Shown here: positions 17,323-28,000 of the stretch, piece after piece
Position numbering within the stretch: position 1 is the stretch's first letter
Layout: each line of letters opens with the position of its first letter
Virus record (IMG/VR): IMGVR_UViG_2795386107_000001
Span: 1 to 64,000 of that record
DNA: 64,000 bases
Direction: 5' to 3' (one strand)
Source of the DNA: a virus
Lineage: Duplodnaviria; Caudoviricetes
Made by a program: the position numbers and the translations under genes
The notes under the pieces: model-generated
What the model saw: the letters and a program-made list of their open reading frames with translations, nothing else
The model's database searches: none
Told to the model about the DNA's origin: nothing

Positions 17323-17693
17323 GTCAGCGTCGGTTGCGCGGATGTCGGGCTGACGCCGGCGACTGCGTTCCAGCCGGTGCGGATCGCTTCGAGGATCTGG
17401 TCATCCGTGATAGCGGCGGCCATGGCTGGCGCTTCCGTCGTCCCGGTGGCGGCTGCGGCGGCGACCATCGGAGGCGAGGCGACGATGCCGACCATCATCT
17501 GCACGGTCTGTGCCGCCGTGGGGCTCAGCACGGTCTTGGCCAGGTTCCAGCGCAGCGGGTAGCCGGGTGTGTCCGGAGACTCGGCAAAGACTTCCTGCGC
17601 GATCATGGCGATGGCTAGGCGGACGCGCGGCAGTAACGTCGGCTCGTCGGCGAGACCACAGAGGGCGCTCAGCGGGAGCGGCAGGGTGGGCAA
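17313..17693 (-). CDS. Hypothetical protein (possible tail-fibre accessory)
   Basis: TTG start after GGAGG immediately downstream of the tail fibre stop. Confidence 0.65.
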   Translation of the reverse strand: MPTLPLPLSALCGLADEPTLLPRVRLAIAMIAQEVFAESPDTPGYPLRWNLAKTVLSPTAAQTVQMMVGIVASPPMVAAAAATGTTEAPAMAAAITDDQILEAIRTGWNAVAGVSPTSAQPTLTET

Positions 17694-17704
17694 CGGGGGC
17701 CTCC

Positions 17705-20700
17705 TCACTTCGTGTAGGTGACGCGCAGCTTCGGGGGGTTGGTCTGGCCGTAGCCGCGTGCGCGGCCGTAGTAGGTCAGGCTCGAGTTGTTTGGGTCCAG
17801 CGCGATGCCCCGCCACTTCGTGGAGTCGAACACCGATGTGATGTCCACCCACTTGCCTTCGTTCTTGGCCCAGGAAATCGTCTTGGACTCGGGGTCGCAG
17901 GAGAACGTGGAGGGGCGAGACGTGAAGCCGTGTGCCTTGATCACGGCGCTACCGCCGTTGTTGTAGTACCAGTGATCGAAGTACAGGTAGACCTCGGCCT
18001 TTTGGATGGTCGCACCGGACAGATCGGTGCCCAGGGACGACGAGAAGCCGATGAGGCTCGCCTGCATGCCGTTCGTGGAGCTGTAGTAGCCCTGATAGCA
18101 GGAGTTGCCCCAGTAGCTGTTGTACGAGCCGCGGTTCGAGTACGACCCGGACCAGGTCGCGGAGTAGGTCTTGGTGTACTGCACGACGGGCGGGGTGGCT
18201 GTGCCGCCTCCGGTGTTGTATCCGCCGGTCTTCGGGATCTCCGGGCCGATGTCCTCGGCGTAGAAGACGCAACTGCGGCCGGTGGTGGGTAGGCCCAGTT
18301 CGAATGTCGTGCCGCTGGTGCTGCCGGAGTTCTCGAAGGAGAGCAGGAATCGGTGCAGGCCGGCGCCGAGCGTGCTGCCCGGAACGATGTACTCGAGCTC
18401 CGCTGTCCAGTACCGGCCCGTGTGTGAAGGGGTGAGGATGACGTGCTGGCGCAGCGTCGACGTGATTGTGGGCGTGGCGGTGCCGCCGTCTCGGAGGTAG
18501 AGGCGGGCCTCCCCGTCGTTGTTGTTGTCGAAGTCGGCCGTGGCGTGGAACTTGATGCGGTACATCCGGCCGGACTCGATCGTGACGGGCAGCTCGAAGT
18601 AGCCGAGCTCTGTGCCGGTTGCTGTCACGGTCGTGGCGGGCACGCCGTAGGAGATGATTCCGCGCGGCCGCTGGTCGAGGACTGTGACCAAGGGGTCCCC
18701 GCCCACAGTGAGGGTGTCGGCGACCGCCAGGCTCTGGAAGTAGGCGCCGCCGGTCTGGTCGATCGTCGCGACGGGCAGGCCGTCCGCGCTGAGCGTCAGG
18801 TAGTTGGGGCGGCCGGTCAGAAGGGAGACCGCTTCCTCCCCGTTGTCGTCAAAGAGCTGCAGGCCTCGGGGACTGATTTCTGAGCGGGCTCCGGCGAAGC
18901 CGGACGCGAGGACGATGCGCGCCTTCGCGTTGTCGTACTGGACGGTGCCGACGCTGGAGTTGACGGTGGAGCACGCGATGCGGAGCTGCGTCGTGCCGGC
19001 GGGGGCAGCATCGTCGGGAACGCCGCTCAGCGTGGTCCATGCGCCCTTGACTGCTGCGTTGTCCCCGGTGGTCACGGTGCTGTACCCGAGGATGTTCCCG
19101 GCCGTGTCCAGCCACTGCCCGTAGAGGCTGACCCGGAGACCGTTCCAGTCGGTGGAGGCGTAGTAGTCGATGGCCAGCCACAGCTTTTGGCCTGGCATCC
19201 CTGGCACCGTGGCCAGCGTCATGGAGCGGGTGACGGCCGTGGGGTTGGCGGCGTTCACCTGCAGGGCCTGCGGGGTGTTGTTGCCGGGGCTGACGATGGA
19301 CCAGTACGTGCTCGTGGAGGCGCGGCCGGTCGAGATGGCGCCCTCAAAACTGGGGTCGGCGATGAGGTTGCCGTCAGTGCCGAGGGACAGCCGGTCGGCG
19401 GTGATCGCTCCGGCCTTGATGTGGGTGGCGTCGATGGCACCTGCGGCGATGGCGGTTGCCGTCACGCTGTTCACGGCCATCTTGTCCGCCGTGATCGACA
19501 GCGCCGCCAGCTTGTCGGTGGTGATCGCCAGGGAAGCGATCTTCTCAGCCGTGACGGACAGGGCGATGAGCTTGTCCGTCGTGATGGACCCGGCCAGGAT
19601 CTTCGGCGCAGTGATCGAACCGTCCGCGATCTGCACCCCGGGGACGAGCGGGCGGAGCGCCGCGTTGTCGAACCACACGTCGCCAGCAGTGACCTGGGCG
19701 GCCTCGATCCGAATGCTGGCCCGGACGGTCCCAGCCGGCGCTGTGAAGGTGCCGGACACCCGCCCCCAGGTCCCGACTGCGGGCGTTCCCGGTGTTCCGG
19801 CGACGCCGTAGCCGAGGATCGTTCCCGAGGCGTCTTCCCACCGCGTGTGGATGTTCACCCCGCTGCCGGCCCAGTCCGCGGACAGGTAGTAGTCGGCCCC
19901 TAGGTACAGCTGGTCACCGGCGAGTACCGGGATCAGGGTCAGGGGCACGGCCCGGTAGATCGCAGTGGCAGAGCGGCAGTCGATTTTGACGGAAGCGGCG
20001 GAGCCATTGCCCTTGGTCTTGTCCTGCGCTGCGTACGAGATTCCGAGGACGAGCGAGGCGGTGACGGCTCCCTCGAACGAGGGGTCGGGCAGGATGTTGG
20101 ACCCGCCGGTGACCGTCAGCTTGTCCGTGGTGATGGCGCCTGCTGCTACCGCGTTCGCCGTGACGGAGCCAGCCGCCAACTCGGAGGCTGTGACGGAGTT
20201 GGCCTGCAGCTCCCGCGCACTGATCGCGTCTGCGGCGATCTTTCCGGCGGTCACGGCGTCCGCGGCGAGCGCTGCGGTGTTCACGGCCCCGGCCGTGATG
20301 TTGACGGAGTCGACGATGCCGGTCTTGAGGGCTTCGAGCGTCACGCAGTCGACCTGCATGACGCTGGTCGATGTCCCGCCGAGCCCGTTGTAGTTGAGCC
20401 ACACGTACGGCGCGAGGAAGCGGACGTCGTTGTGTACGACGCCGGGGTTCCGCGGGTCGTTGTTCGGGCCGGTCGAGCCGACCGCGGCGCGGTCCTTGAC
20501 GAAGCCGACGACCGTCACCCAGCCGTCAGCGGTCGTGATGGGCTTGCCTGACGCGGCGACGTAGTAGTGCGAGTTCGGGCTACCGGCGGTGCCGTTGCGG
20601 TTGACGAGAGTCTTTCCGTCCGCGCCGATGCCGGCGACGCCGACATAGAACGTCTCGGTGGCTCCGACCGGGCCGGTGAGGCGGACTCTGGCGCTCAGCC

Positions 20701-21658
20701 GGTACAGCACGCCGGGTTCGTACGGGATGGCCGTGGTGCCCTGCAGACGGTTGTAGCCGGTGGCCTGCCCAACGTTCTGGCTGGTGGGGGCGTCCGCGAC
20801 GCCGGAGCGGTAATCCCAGACGCCCCCGGTGCCCTTGTCCGTGACGGTCCACGCGGCGGGGTCGTTCATCGTGTCGACGTAGCGCTGTGCTGCGCTGTCG
20901 CTGAGGGCGCCGCCGAGGGCGTTGATCAGGACGGCACCGTTGGCGATCTTCCCGACGGTGACCGCGGCCTTGGCGAGCTTGTCCTCGAGGACCGCGCCGT
21001 CGGCGAGTGCGGTGGACCCGACAGCGCCGAGGGCGATCTTCGCCGCGGTGACCGCGTTCTGTGCGAGCTTGACATCGGTGACCATCCCGTCGACGAGGTC
21101 CTCGCTGACGGCCTGGCGGGGCTTGCCCTCAACGGCGGTGGAGGGCGGCCCGGTGACCGCCGCGGTGTTCGCGGCGACCAGGCGCACCCAGACGCTGGTG
21201 TAGCCCTCGGTGCCGACCGTGACGGTGCCGCCGAGGGGGGCCGTGATGGTGCCGACCTGGGTGATGACGGAGGGCTCGAACGTCTCGGTGGTGCCGAGGT
21301 GGACCTGGACGAGCGAGAAGTCGGAGGGAGCCTCAGCGGCGTCCGTCCAGGCGCCGTCCCATCCGACGGTCAGGCCGGCCAACTTGGACTCGATGACCGG
21401 AGGGGTGGGGGTCGGGGGTGGGGTGGTGTTGACGGGGACCAGGGCGACGCCGCCGTCGGGCTGCACGCCGACGGAGCCCTTGAGGGTGCCCTCGTCGTCG
21501 TAGATGTCGAGGCTGCCGCCCTCGATGCTCGCGTTGTTGAGTTGGTTGGACCGTTCGAGCGCTGCCAGCCGGTCCTCGAGCTGCTTGAAGTAGGAAGCGA
21601 ACTGCTTCGCCTTCTCCCGCTTGTCCAGGTTGAAGGACGACACCCGTCCTCCCTCCAC
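17705..21658 (-). CDS. Tail fibre / receptor-binding minor tail protein with carbohydrate-binding modules
   Basis: Fn3-like N-terminus, repeated ITADKL/VTAGKI segments, two N(I/L)xxDPSFEG CBM-like modules. Confidence 0.85.
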   Translation of the reverse strand: MEGGRVSSFNLDKREKAKQFASYFKQLEDRLAALERSNQLNNASIEGGSLDIYDDEGTLKGSVGVQPDGGVALVPVNTTPPPTPTPPVIESKLAGLTVGWDGAWTDAAEAPSDFSLVQVHLGTTETFEPSVITQVGTITAPLGGTVTVGTEGYTSVWVRLVAANTAAVTGPPSTAVEGKPRQAVSEDLVDGMVTDVKLAQNAVTAAKIALGAVGSTALADGAVLEDKLAKAAVTVGKIANGAVLINALGGALSDSAAQRYVDTMNDPAAWTVTDKGTGGVWDYRSGVADAPTSQNVGQATGYNRLQGTTAIPYEPGVLYRLSARVRLTGPVGATETFYVGVAGIGADGKTLVNRNGTAGSPNSHYYVAASGKPITTADGWVTVVGFVKDRAAVGSTGPNNDPRNPGVVHNDVRFLAPYVWLNYNGLGGTSTSVMQVDCVTLEALKTGIVDSVNITAGAVNTAALAADAVTAGKIAADAISARELQANSVTASELAAGSVTANAVAAGAITTDKLTVTGGSNILPDPSFEGAVTASLVLGISYAAQDKTKGNGSAASVKIDCRSATAIYRAVPLTLIPVLAGDQLYLGADYYLSADWAGSGVNIHTRWEDASGTILGYGVAGTPGTPAVGTWGRVSGTFTAPAGTVRASIRIEAAQVTAGDVWFDNAALRPLVPGVQIADGSITAPKILAGSITTDKLIALSVTAEKIASLAITTDKLAALSITADKMAVNSVTATAIAAGAIDATHIKAGAITADRLSLGTDGNLIADPSFEGAISTGRASTSTYWSIVSPGNNTPQALQVNAANPTAVTRSMTLATVPGMPGQKLWLAIDYYASTDWNGLRVSLYGQWLDTAGNILGYSTVTTGDNAAVKGAWTTLSGVPDDAAPAGTTQLRIACSTVNSSVGTVQYDNAKARIVLASGFAGARSEISPRGLQLFDDNGEEAVSLLTGRPNYLTLSADGLPVATIDQTGGAYFQSLAVADTLTVGGDPLVTVLDQRPRGIISYGVPATTVTATGTELGYFELPVTIESGRMYRIKFHATADFDNNNDGEARLYLRDGGTATPTITSTLRQHVILTPSHTGRYWTAELEYIVPGSTLGAGLHRFLLSFENSGSTSGTTFELGLPTTGRSCVFYAEDIGPEIPKTGGYNTGGGTATPPVVQYTKTYSATWSGSYSNRGSYNSYWGNSCYQGYYSSTNGMQASLIGFSSSLGTDLSGATIQKAEVYLYFDHWYYNNGGSAVIKAHGFTSRPSTFSCDPESKTISWAKNEGKWVDITSVFDSTKWRGIALDPNNSSLTYYGRARGYGQTNPPKLRVTYTK

Positions 21659-21695
21659 TGCTTCCGCGGCCGCCGGGATCTCCGGGGCAAGCGGG

Positions 21696-21726
21696 AGAGT
21701 GGAAGGAAGGAGGGGTTAGTGTCGCG
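21696..21726 (-). promoter_or_regulatory. Late-type promoter motif before tail fibre
   Basis: CGCGACACTAA-N14-CACTCT. Confidence 0.7.
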
Positions 21727-21732
21727 GTCTGG

Positions 21733-22932
21733 TCATCCGTAGAAGTCGCTGCGCGTGAGCTGCAGGACCGCGGTGCCGGCGGCGGGGTCGATCTCCTCGG
21801 AGACAACGCGGTGCCAAATGGCGAGTTCGCCCACCCACGGCACGTCGACCTGGAGGAGGATGCGGTCGCCCAGCGCCCACGAGCCAAGCGGGGCGTTGGG
21901 GTGGTGGCGGATCGCGATGGACGGAATCGTGAGCTGTTCCGAGTGGCGGGCGCGTTCCTTCTTGCCGTACTCGGTCAACGTCCTCGCGTTCGCGGTGCTC
22001 TTGTGCGTGATGATCTTCGCGCGGCGCAGCCGCTTGTCGTCGACGACGACGCGGACCCGGGCCGTCTTTTGCCCGCTGCCCTTACCCAGCACGTAGACGT
22101 TGTTCGCGAAAAAGTCCCCCTGATAGTTGGGGGTGGCGATCTCGATGACGTTCTCGCCCTGCGCAAATCGCAGGTCGGAGCGGGCCTTGCCGAGTCGCCG
22201 TGTGCCCAGGTCGATGTGGTGAAGGATCTTCTCCTTCGTGCCGTCCCAGTAGTGCCGCTCGAGGAAGTCGCCCTTCGCGAGGTTCATGACGTCGGTGATC
22301 GTGGAGCCACAGTCGGGGTTGTCCCACCACAGCAGCTCCCACGGGTCCTCGCCGTTCGAGGCACCGAGCTTGTACCCGGAGTCGTGGCCGTCGAGGGTGA
22401 CGCCCAGCTTGCCCATCTTGTAGTCCTGCAGGTGGGCCCAGATGTGCCGGACGACGTCGTACGCATCCCATCGGGTGCTGACCTTGTCCTTCGGCTTCTT
22501 CGGCATCTTCTTCTTTGGGTGGGTGCCGTCGATGTAGCCGTCGTGGTTCTTGTCCTTGCCGTCGTACGCCCATTTCTGGGCAACCTTGGCGCCGGAGCGG
22601 ATCACCGACCCGAGGTAGGGCATGCCGCTGGGGTAGGCGGTGTATCCAGCACAGGACACCTTCATCGCCTGGCCCTCGAACGACAGGTTCGTGACCAGGC
22701 CGCCCCATCGGATGCGGCCCTCGAACTCGGCGAACAGGGCCGTCGACCACTCGGAGATGACCGGTAGACCGTCCGGCTTGGCCATCAGCCGCAGATACTC
22801 CGGCTCGATCTTCCCCGTCATCTGGCCGGGCCCGTTCAGCTCCCGCTTGGGCGGGGAGTCCGCGACGAACGGCACGTCCCAGTCGAGGAAGTCACCCGTC
22901 ACCGCGCGCATTGCGATGTACCGCCAGGCCAT
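21733..22932 (-). CDS. Minor tail (hub/Tal-like) protein
   Basis: Start MAWRYIAM overlaps upstream TGA; ELNGPG, IRWGG, WALGDRI motifs of siphovirus minor tail proteins. Confidence 0.8.
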   Translation of the reverse strand: MAWRYIAMRAVTGDFLDWDVPFVADSPPKRELNGPGQMTGKIEPEYLRLMAKPDGLPVISEWSTALFAEFEGRIRWGGLVTNLSFEGQAMKVSCAGYTAYPSGMPYLGSVIRSGAKVAQKWAYDGKDKNHDGYIDGTHPKKKMPKKPKDKVSTRWDAYDVVRHIWAHLQDYKMGKLGVTLDGHDSGYKLGASNGEDPWELLWWDNPDCGSTITDVMNLAKGDFLERHYWDGTKEKILHHIDLGTRRLGKARSDLRFAQGENVIEIATPNYQGDFFANNVYVLGKGSGQKTARVRVVVDDKRLRRAKIITHKSTANARTLTEYGKKERARHSEQLTIPSIAIRHHPNAPLGSWALGDRILLQVDVPWVGELAIWHRVVSEEIDPAAGTAVLQLTRSDFYG

Positions 22933-23900
22933 CAGGCGCTCACCGGCTCTTGCGAGTAGGTCACTTCGAGCGACAGCACCGTGTACGCGTCCGCGCGAAG
23001 GACGCCGGTGAAGCCCGCCGTGCCGATGCCCTCGATGTCGATGTCCCGCATCTGCCCGCGGTCGGCGGGGTCGAGGAGGAACCGGTGCCCGGCCTGGACG
23101 GCGAGCCGGCCCGCTTGGGTGGCCCCGTACGGCATGCCGACACCGTGCTGGTCGTTGAAGGACACCCGCACCTGCCCGCGGGCCTCCGTGGTGTCCGGGT
23201 GCAGCAAGCCCGTGATGAGGACGTGCACGCTCACGTGCGTCGCCCACTCCGGCACCTTCTCCGTCCACGTGGCACCGAGCGGGAACAGCTCCCAGACGTC
23301 GGTGATGGGCCCGACGTCGTCCGGGGACGCCCACGCGCCGGGCAGGTAGCGGCGTGAGGTCTGCGTGCGCGGCCGCGCGATCTGCCGCAGGTCGGTGACC
23401 ATGCTGGCGGTGATGGCGGTCGTCGACAGCGGCAGGTCGACCCGGGCGAGCGTGATGGCGGTGGAGTCGGGGTCGATGTCCAGGATGCTCGTGGTGCCGG
23501 GCGGCACGTCGGGGATGACCCTGGTATAGACGTACGGGCCCACCGTCGGGTCTTCGGGCGCTGGCCACGTCTCCCCGCCGTAGGGGTCCTCGACCCTGGC
23601 GATGATCAGGTCCGACCGTCCCCCGTCCGAGGACGTCGGCTCGATGTCCACCTGCCCGGACGTCGGCATGCGGGCCGCGTACGACTGATCGCCTCCGCCC
23701 GCGGCCGCGCGCCGCTTCGCGACCATGGCCCCCGGCGCGACCTGCACGGCGCCGGCCGGGGCGTCCAGCGCGGTGACGAGGAGGTCGGCGGGGGCGATGA
23801 CGCCCTCACCGCCGCACGCTGCCGCCTCGACGATCAGGCGCAGCGTCTCCTCGGACGCTGCCGTGCCCTCGACGAACCAGGGGATGCCGTCCCATGCCAT
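22932..23900 (-). CDS. Minor tail protein
   Basis: RSDLIIARVEDP, ITLARV...ITASMVTDLR actinophage minor tail motifs. Confidence 0.8.
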   Translation of the reverse strand: MAWDGIPWFVEGTAASEETLRLIVEAAACGGEGVIAPADLLVTALDAPAGAVQVAPGAMVAKRRAAAGGGDQSYAARMPTSGQVDIEPTSSDGGRSDLIIARVEDPYGGETWPAPEDPTVGPYVYTRVIPDVPPGTTSILDIDPDSTAITLARVDLPLSTTAITASMVTDLRQIARPRTQTSRRYLPGAWASPDDVGPITDVWELFPLGATWTEKVPEWATHVSVHVLITGLLHPDTTEARGQVRVSFNDQHGVGMPYGATQAGRLAVQAGHRFLLDPADRGQMRDIDIEGIGTAGFTGVLRADAYTVLSLEVTYSQEPVSA

Positions 23901-23932
23901 GACTTGTTCTCCTTCTCCGTACGGGAGAGGAG

Positions 23933-23963
23933 AGAGTGAGAGGCCGAGGGCGCTACTGTCGCC
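23933..23963 (-). promoter_or_regulatory. Late-type promoter motif
   Basis: GGCGACAGTAG-N14-CACTCT. Confidence 0.55.
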
Positions 23964-23966
23964 CGC

Positions 23967-25010
23967 TCACCACCACGAGTACGCATCCCGCCAGGCCATC
24001 CGAATCCGCGGCCCTTCAAGGGCGCGGGCCGACGACTTGGTGTAGGACAGCGACGCCGTCCAGTACCCGGGCGGGAGGAACATCTGCGACAGCCGCGGAC
24101 TCGACCGGGTCAGCTTGTCCGCCACCGACTTCGACGACGAGCTGGTGTAGTGGGTGACCGTACGCACCCACGGGCGGGCGTCGATCGTGACGTGCTCGCC
24201 GTCGGGAATCGTCATGGAGAGCTGCACTTCCCACAACGCCGGCGTCACCGTGAGCTTCGGGTTCTTGCACGGCCCGTGGATCTCGACGTAGGGGTATGTG
24301 TTGAGGGTGCCGCGCTGCTGGAAGGAAGCGGTCTTCTTCGACTGGAACAGCCAGGCGCCGCCCCCAATCCGGCCGGGCCGCCCTGGCAGCCCAATGAACT
24401 GGTGGTCGTACAGCTCGACTTCCTTCTCCGTCTGCTCGTAGAACCGATCGTCGACGGCCGCGAACTCGCAGACAACGGGCGTGTAGCCCTGACGGCTCAG
24501 GCGGGAGTGGGAGACGGCGAACTTCCGCGGCCGCCCGTACAACTGGCGGGTGCGTCCCCCAGAGCTGTGCACCAGCCAGGCAGCCCGGCCGGCCTTTCCG
24601 CGGATGCCGTCGGCCCGCCACACCTGCCGCAGCATGTTCACGCCGTCCAGGCCCCACTGATACGGCCCCTGGTCCTTCTTGTTGTAGGCCGCGAGCACCG
24701 CCTCCGTGTTGCTCCAGTCGCCGACCCGGGTTCCTCGCGGCCACGGGCGCATCGGCCAATGCAGGTCGATGGGGCCGCCCACGCCGTCGACGCCCAGCTC
24801 GAACGTGACCGTCGCGTTGCGCTGGTAGTCGCGGCCCATGCGAACGCCGTCCTCGCCCGGCATTGCCGCGTCGGCCAGGTCCATGTCGGCGAACGTGATG
24901 TCCGGTTCGCTCAGACAGTAGATGCCCTGCGCCTCGCGGCCGAAGGTCAAAGATGCCCCGGGATAGTTGTCGTAGGAGGAGTAGCCGAGGAGCCATTCAC
25001 CGTCACGCAT
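23967..25010 (-). CDS. Distal tail (Dit-like) protein
   Basis: Directly after TMP; DGVRMGRDY, LYGRPRKF, GPCKNP, WRDAY motifs. Confidence 0.8.
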   Translation of the reverse strand: MRDGEWLLGYSSYDNYPGASLTFGREAQGIYCLSEPDITFADMDLADAAMPGEDGVRMGRDYQRNATVTFELGVDGVGGPIDLHWPMRPWPRGTRVGDWSNTEAVLAAYNKKDQGPYQWGLDGVNMLRQVWRADGIRGKAGRAAWLVHSSGGRTRQLYGRPRKFAVSHSRLSRQGYTPVVCEFAAVDDRFYEQTEKEVELYDHQFIGLPGRPGRIGGGAWLFQSKKTASFQQRGTLNTYPYVEIHGPCKNPKLTVTPALWEVQLSMTIPDGEHVTIDARPWVRTVTHYTSSSSKSVADKLTRSSPRLSQMFLPPGYWTASLSYTKSSARALEGPRIRMAWRDAYSWW

Positions 25011-28000
25011 TGCCTCCACCTCCCAGGCGGATGCGGCGCAGCTCGAACATGGCGTCCTCCAGAGCGGTTCCCGTCGATGCGACCGCACCGATGTTCAGAT
25101 TGAGGTCACCGCCGACGAGCGACCCGGCAGCCTGCGCGGCCGCCGTTCGCTGCCTGACGGTGGTGGCGCGCGTCCGTACGCCGCCCTGGGCGTACTGGCG
25201 CATCGCGCCGTTGGCGAAGTAGATGACCCGGCCGCCGAACATCTCGGCGACGCGCTCGAGGATCGCCTCGCTGCGCTTGCGCTTGCTGGGGGCCAGGGGG
25301 ATGTACGCCTCACCGCCGGTCTCCGGCTCCGCCCACAGCCGCCACTCGCCGGGCTTGCCGATCTGCGCAATGTGGTTCTCAGCTCCGGCCGCGAAGGCAC
25401 GGACGCTGTCCATAGCGCGGCGGATGCCGCCATTGGCGTACCTCACGATGCCGCCGTCCGCGTGCGTACGGACCACGGAGGGCTTGCCTGACTCGCTGTA
25501 CTGGACGGTGACGTGCACGGTCTTGCCGGTCAGGTTGTTGATCGCGGTCTGGATGCGCTGCACGTTCGCGAGCGGCGACTTCGTCGGGGCCGTGATCCTG
25601 ACCGTCTTGCCGCCCTTGCCGTCAACGTTCTGGATCTTGTAGCCGAGATCCTTGAGCGCCTTCTGGGCGACGGCGGTGGGCGTCTTGACCTCGATGGACT
25701 TGCCCTTGGGCAGGCCCGCGACTTTCTGTTGGACATTCTTCAGGTCGCCGGCGGCCTTCTGGATGATCGCCTGGACTGTGACCTTCTTCTTGTCCGGGGC
25801 GTTGGCGATGTCCTGCGCCAGGGCGGCGATGTTGACGCGCGCGCCCCCGGTCGGGGCCGAGACGGTCACCTTCTTGCTGCCGGGGATTCGCTGCACGGTG
25901 AAGCCGAGGGCTTCGAGCTGTTCGCGGGCGGCGACGGTGGGCGCGTTGATCTGGATGCCCTTGCCCGGCGGGATGCTTTCGAGCTTGCCGCGCAGGGCCA
26001 GGACTTCGGCGGTCGCCTCCGGGATGCCCTTGGCGGTGACGAGGGTGGTGATGGTGTCGGGCACGAAGCCCATCTGGTCGACGAGCGCCTTCGCCTGGTC
26101 CTTCGGGATGCCCATGTCCCGGGCGAGTTCGAGGGCCTTCTTCCGGGCCTTCTCCATGGCGGCCTGACCCTTGTCCATGGCATCGGACATGGGCATCAGG
26201 CCCTGCTCCCCGGCCTCCTGCGCCTTGGTGGCGACGGCCAGCATGTTGTCGCGCAGCTCCGTGAGCTGGCTGTTGAGGGTCTGCCCGTTCTTTGTGCTGG
26301 TGTCGACCAGGTGGTCGTTGCCGACGAGTGCCTTGCCCCAGCCGTCGGCGTGGTCGATGTTCGACTTCATCGTGTCGTCGATCTGGAGCATCACGTTGTT
26401 GAGCTGGGCCTCAGCGTCGTGGAAGCTCTGGGTGTTGCCGTTGAGGGCGTCCAGTGCCCGCTTGAGGGCGTCGGTCCGCTCGTCCGCGCTCTTGGTCTTG
26501 TCGGAGAAGCCCTGCACGGCCGTCTGCAGCCGGTCGTATGCCGTGGTGCCGGTGGAAGTGCTGCCGTTCGTCGCGTCGGCGAGTTCCTGCTGTCTCTTCC
26601 TCGTCTCCTTGAGGGTGCCGTTCATGTCCCCCAAGGCGTCGGCCGCTGCCTTGTACTTCTCGCCCTGCTCCGTGTAGACGAGTTCGGACGCCTTGTCGGC
26701 GGCGTAGCTCTTGTAATACTTCGTGGCATCGGCAAGGGTCGTAAGCTTCTTCTGCAGGTCGTCGACTGAGCCGCCCTGGTCCAGGTAGGCGTTCGTGACG
26801 TCCTTGAGGCTCACGCCGGCGTCGCGCAGAACATCGACCAACTTGCCCTTGCCGTCGGCGAGCTTGACGTCATACAGGTACGCCGCTGCCTGCGCCCGTA
26901 CGTTGGCGTCGACCTCGCCGTTCGACTGGGCCAGGGCCTGCGCCAGGTTCTCGACCTGTTCCTCGTGGGCCTCCGCGGCGCGCGCCGCGGCCTCCTGCTT
27001 CGAGGCGAGCCAGCCCAGACCGATCGTCGCGGCGGTGATGGCGATACCGAGGGGGCCGCCGAGTGCACCGGTGATGCCGCCGAGTGCCCGTACGGCGACC
27101 TTGTTGGCGGCGCCGATACCGCGCAGGGTGCCGGTCAGGCGGCCGCCCTGCTGCGAGACGCGGCTGTAGACACCCGACATGCGGCCCCAGAGGCTCAGGC
27201 TCGTGCCTGACGCGGTCGCGGTGCCGCGCAGCGTGGTGTTCAGCGTGCGCACGGAGGTTCCCGCGGCCACGACGGATGTGCCGAAGCCACGGAGCATAGT
27301 GGCGACGCCGCTGACGACCTTGAGGGCGAGCATCGTGCCCAGGAAGATGGCCAGGGCGCTGTTCGCACCGGGTATCACGCCCATGATCCCGTTGAAGATC
27401 TGCAGCAGGCCGTTGAAGGTCACCAGCAGAACGCCGAGCCCGGAGCCGGCCGCCGACAGGTTCCCGATCGCCGTGGCGATGTTCGAGATCACGGAGATGA
27501 GTGCGGGCCCCACGGTCTGGCCGAGGGAGCTGAAGAAGGTGCCCAGGGCGGGCATCAGCTCGAGGCGGATCTGCCGGACCAGGTCAGTGATTCCGCCGTC
27601 CTTCATGGACCGGCCGAGCCCGCGCATGAGGTCCCCGAAGAGGAGGTTCACCTCGTGGAAGGTGGGTGCGGCGTCGCTGAACAGCTGCTTCATCGCCTTC
27701 TGTCCGGCGCCCGAGTTGGCGTAGCGCTCGAAGCGCTTCATGCTGCCCTCGAGGCCGTCCAGCATGGCGTTGCCGGTGTCCATGGCCGCGCGGCCGACTC
27801 CGCCGAGTCCCCGGATCAGGCTGCCGGTTGTCCGACCGAGCTGCGCGGCCTTGTCCCCTGCGTGATCGAGGAACTTCGCGAGGCTGCCGGTTTCCCGGCC
27901 TGCCTGCACAGAGGCCCGGAACCACTGCGTCAGTCGCTTGCCGCCCTGGGCGACCCGCTCGACGAACGGGCCGGAGGCGACGAGGAAGTCGGTGGTGGCG

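Noticed and set aside
17705-18300. Diversity-generating retroelement target at the tail fibre C-terminus
   Set aside because: No reverse transcriptase and no template-repeat copy noticed in the window
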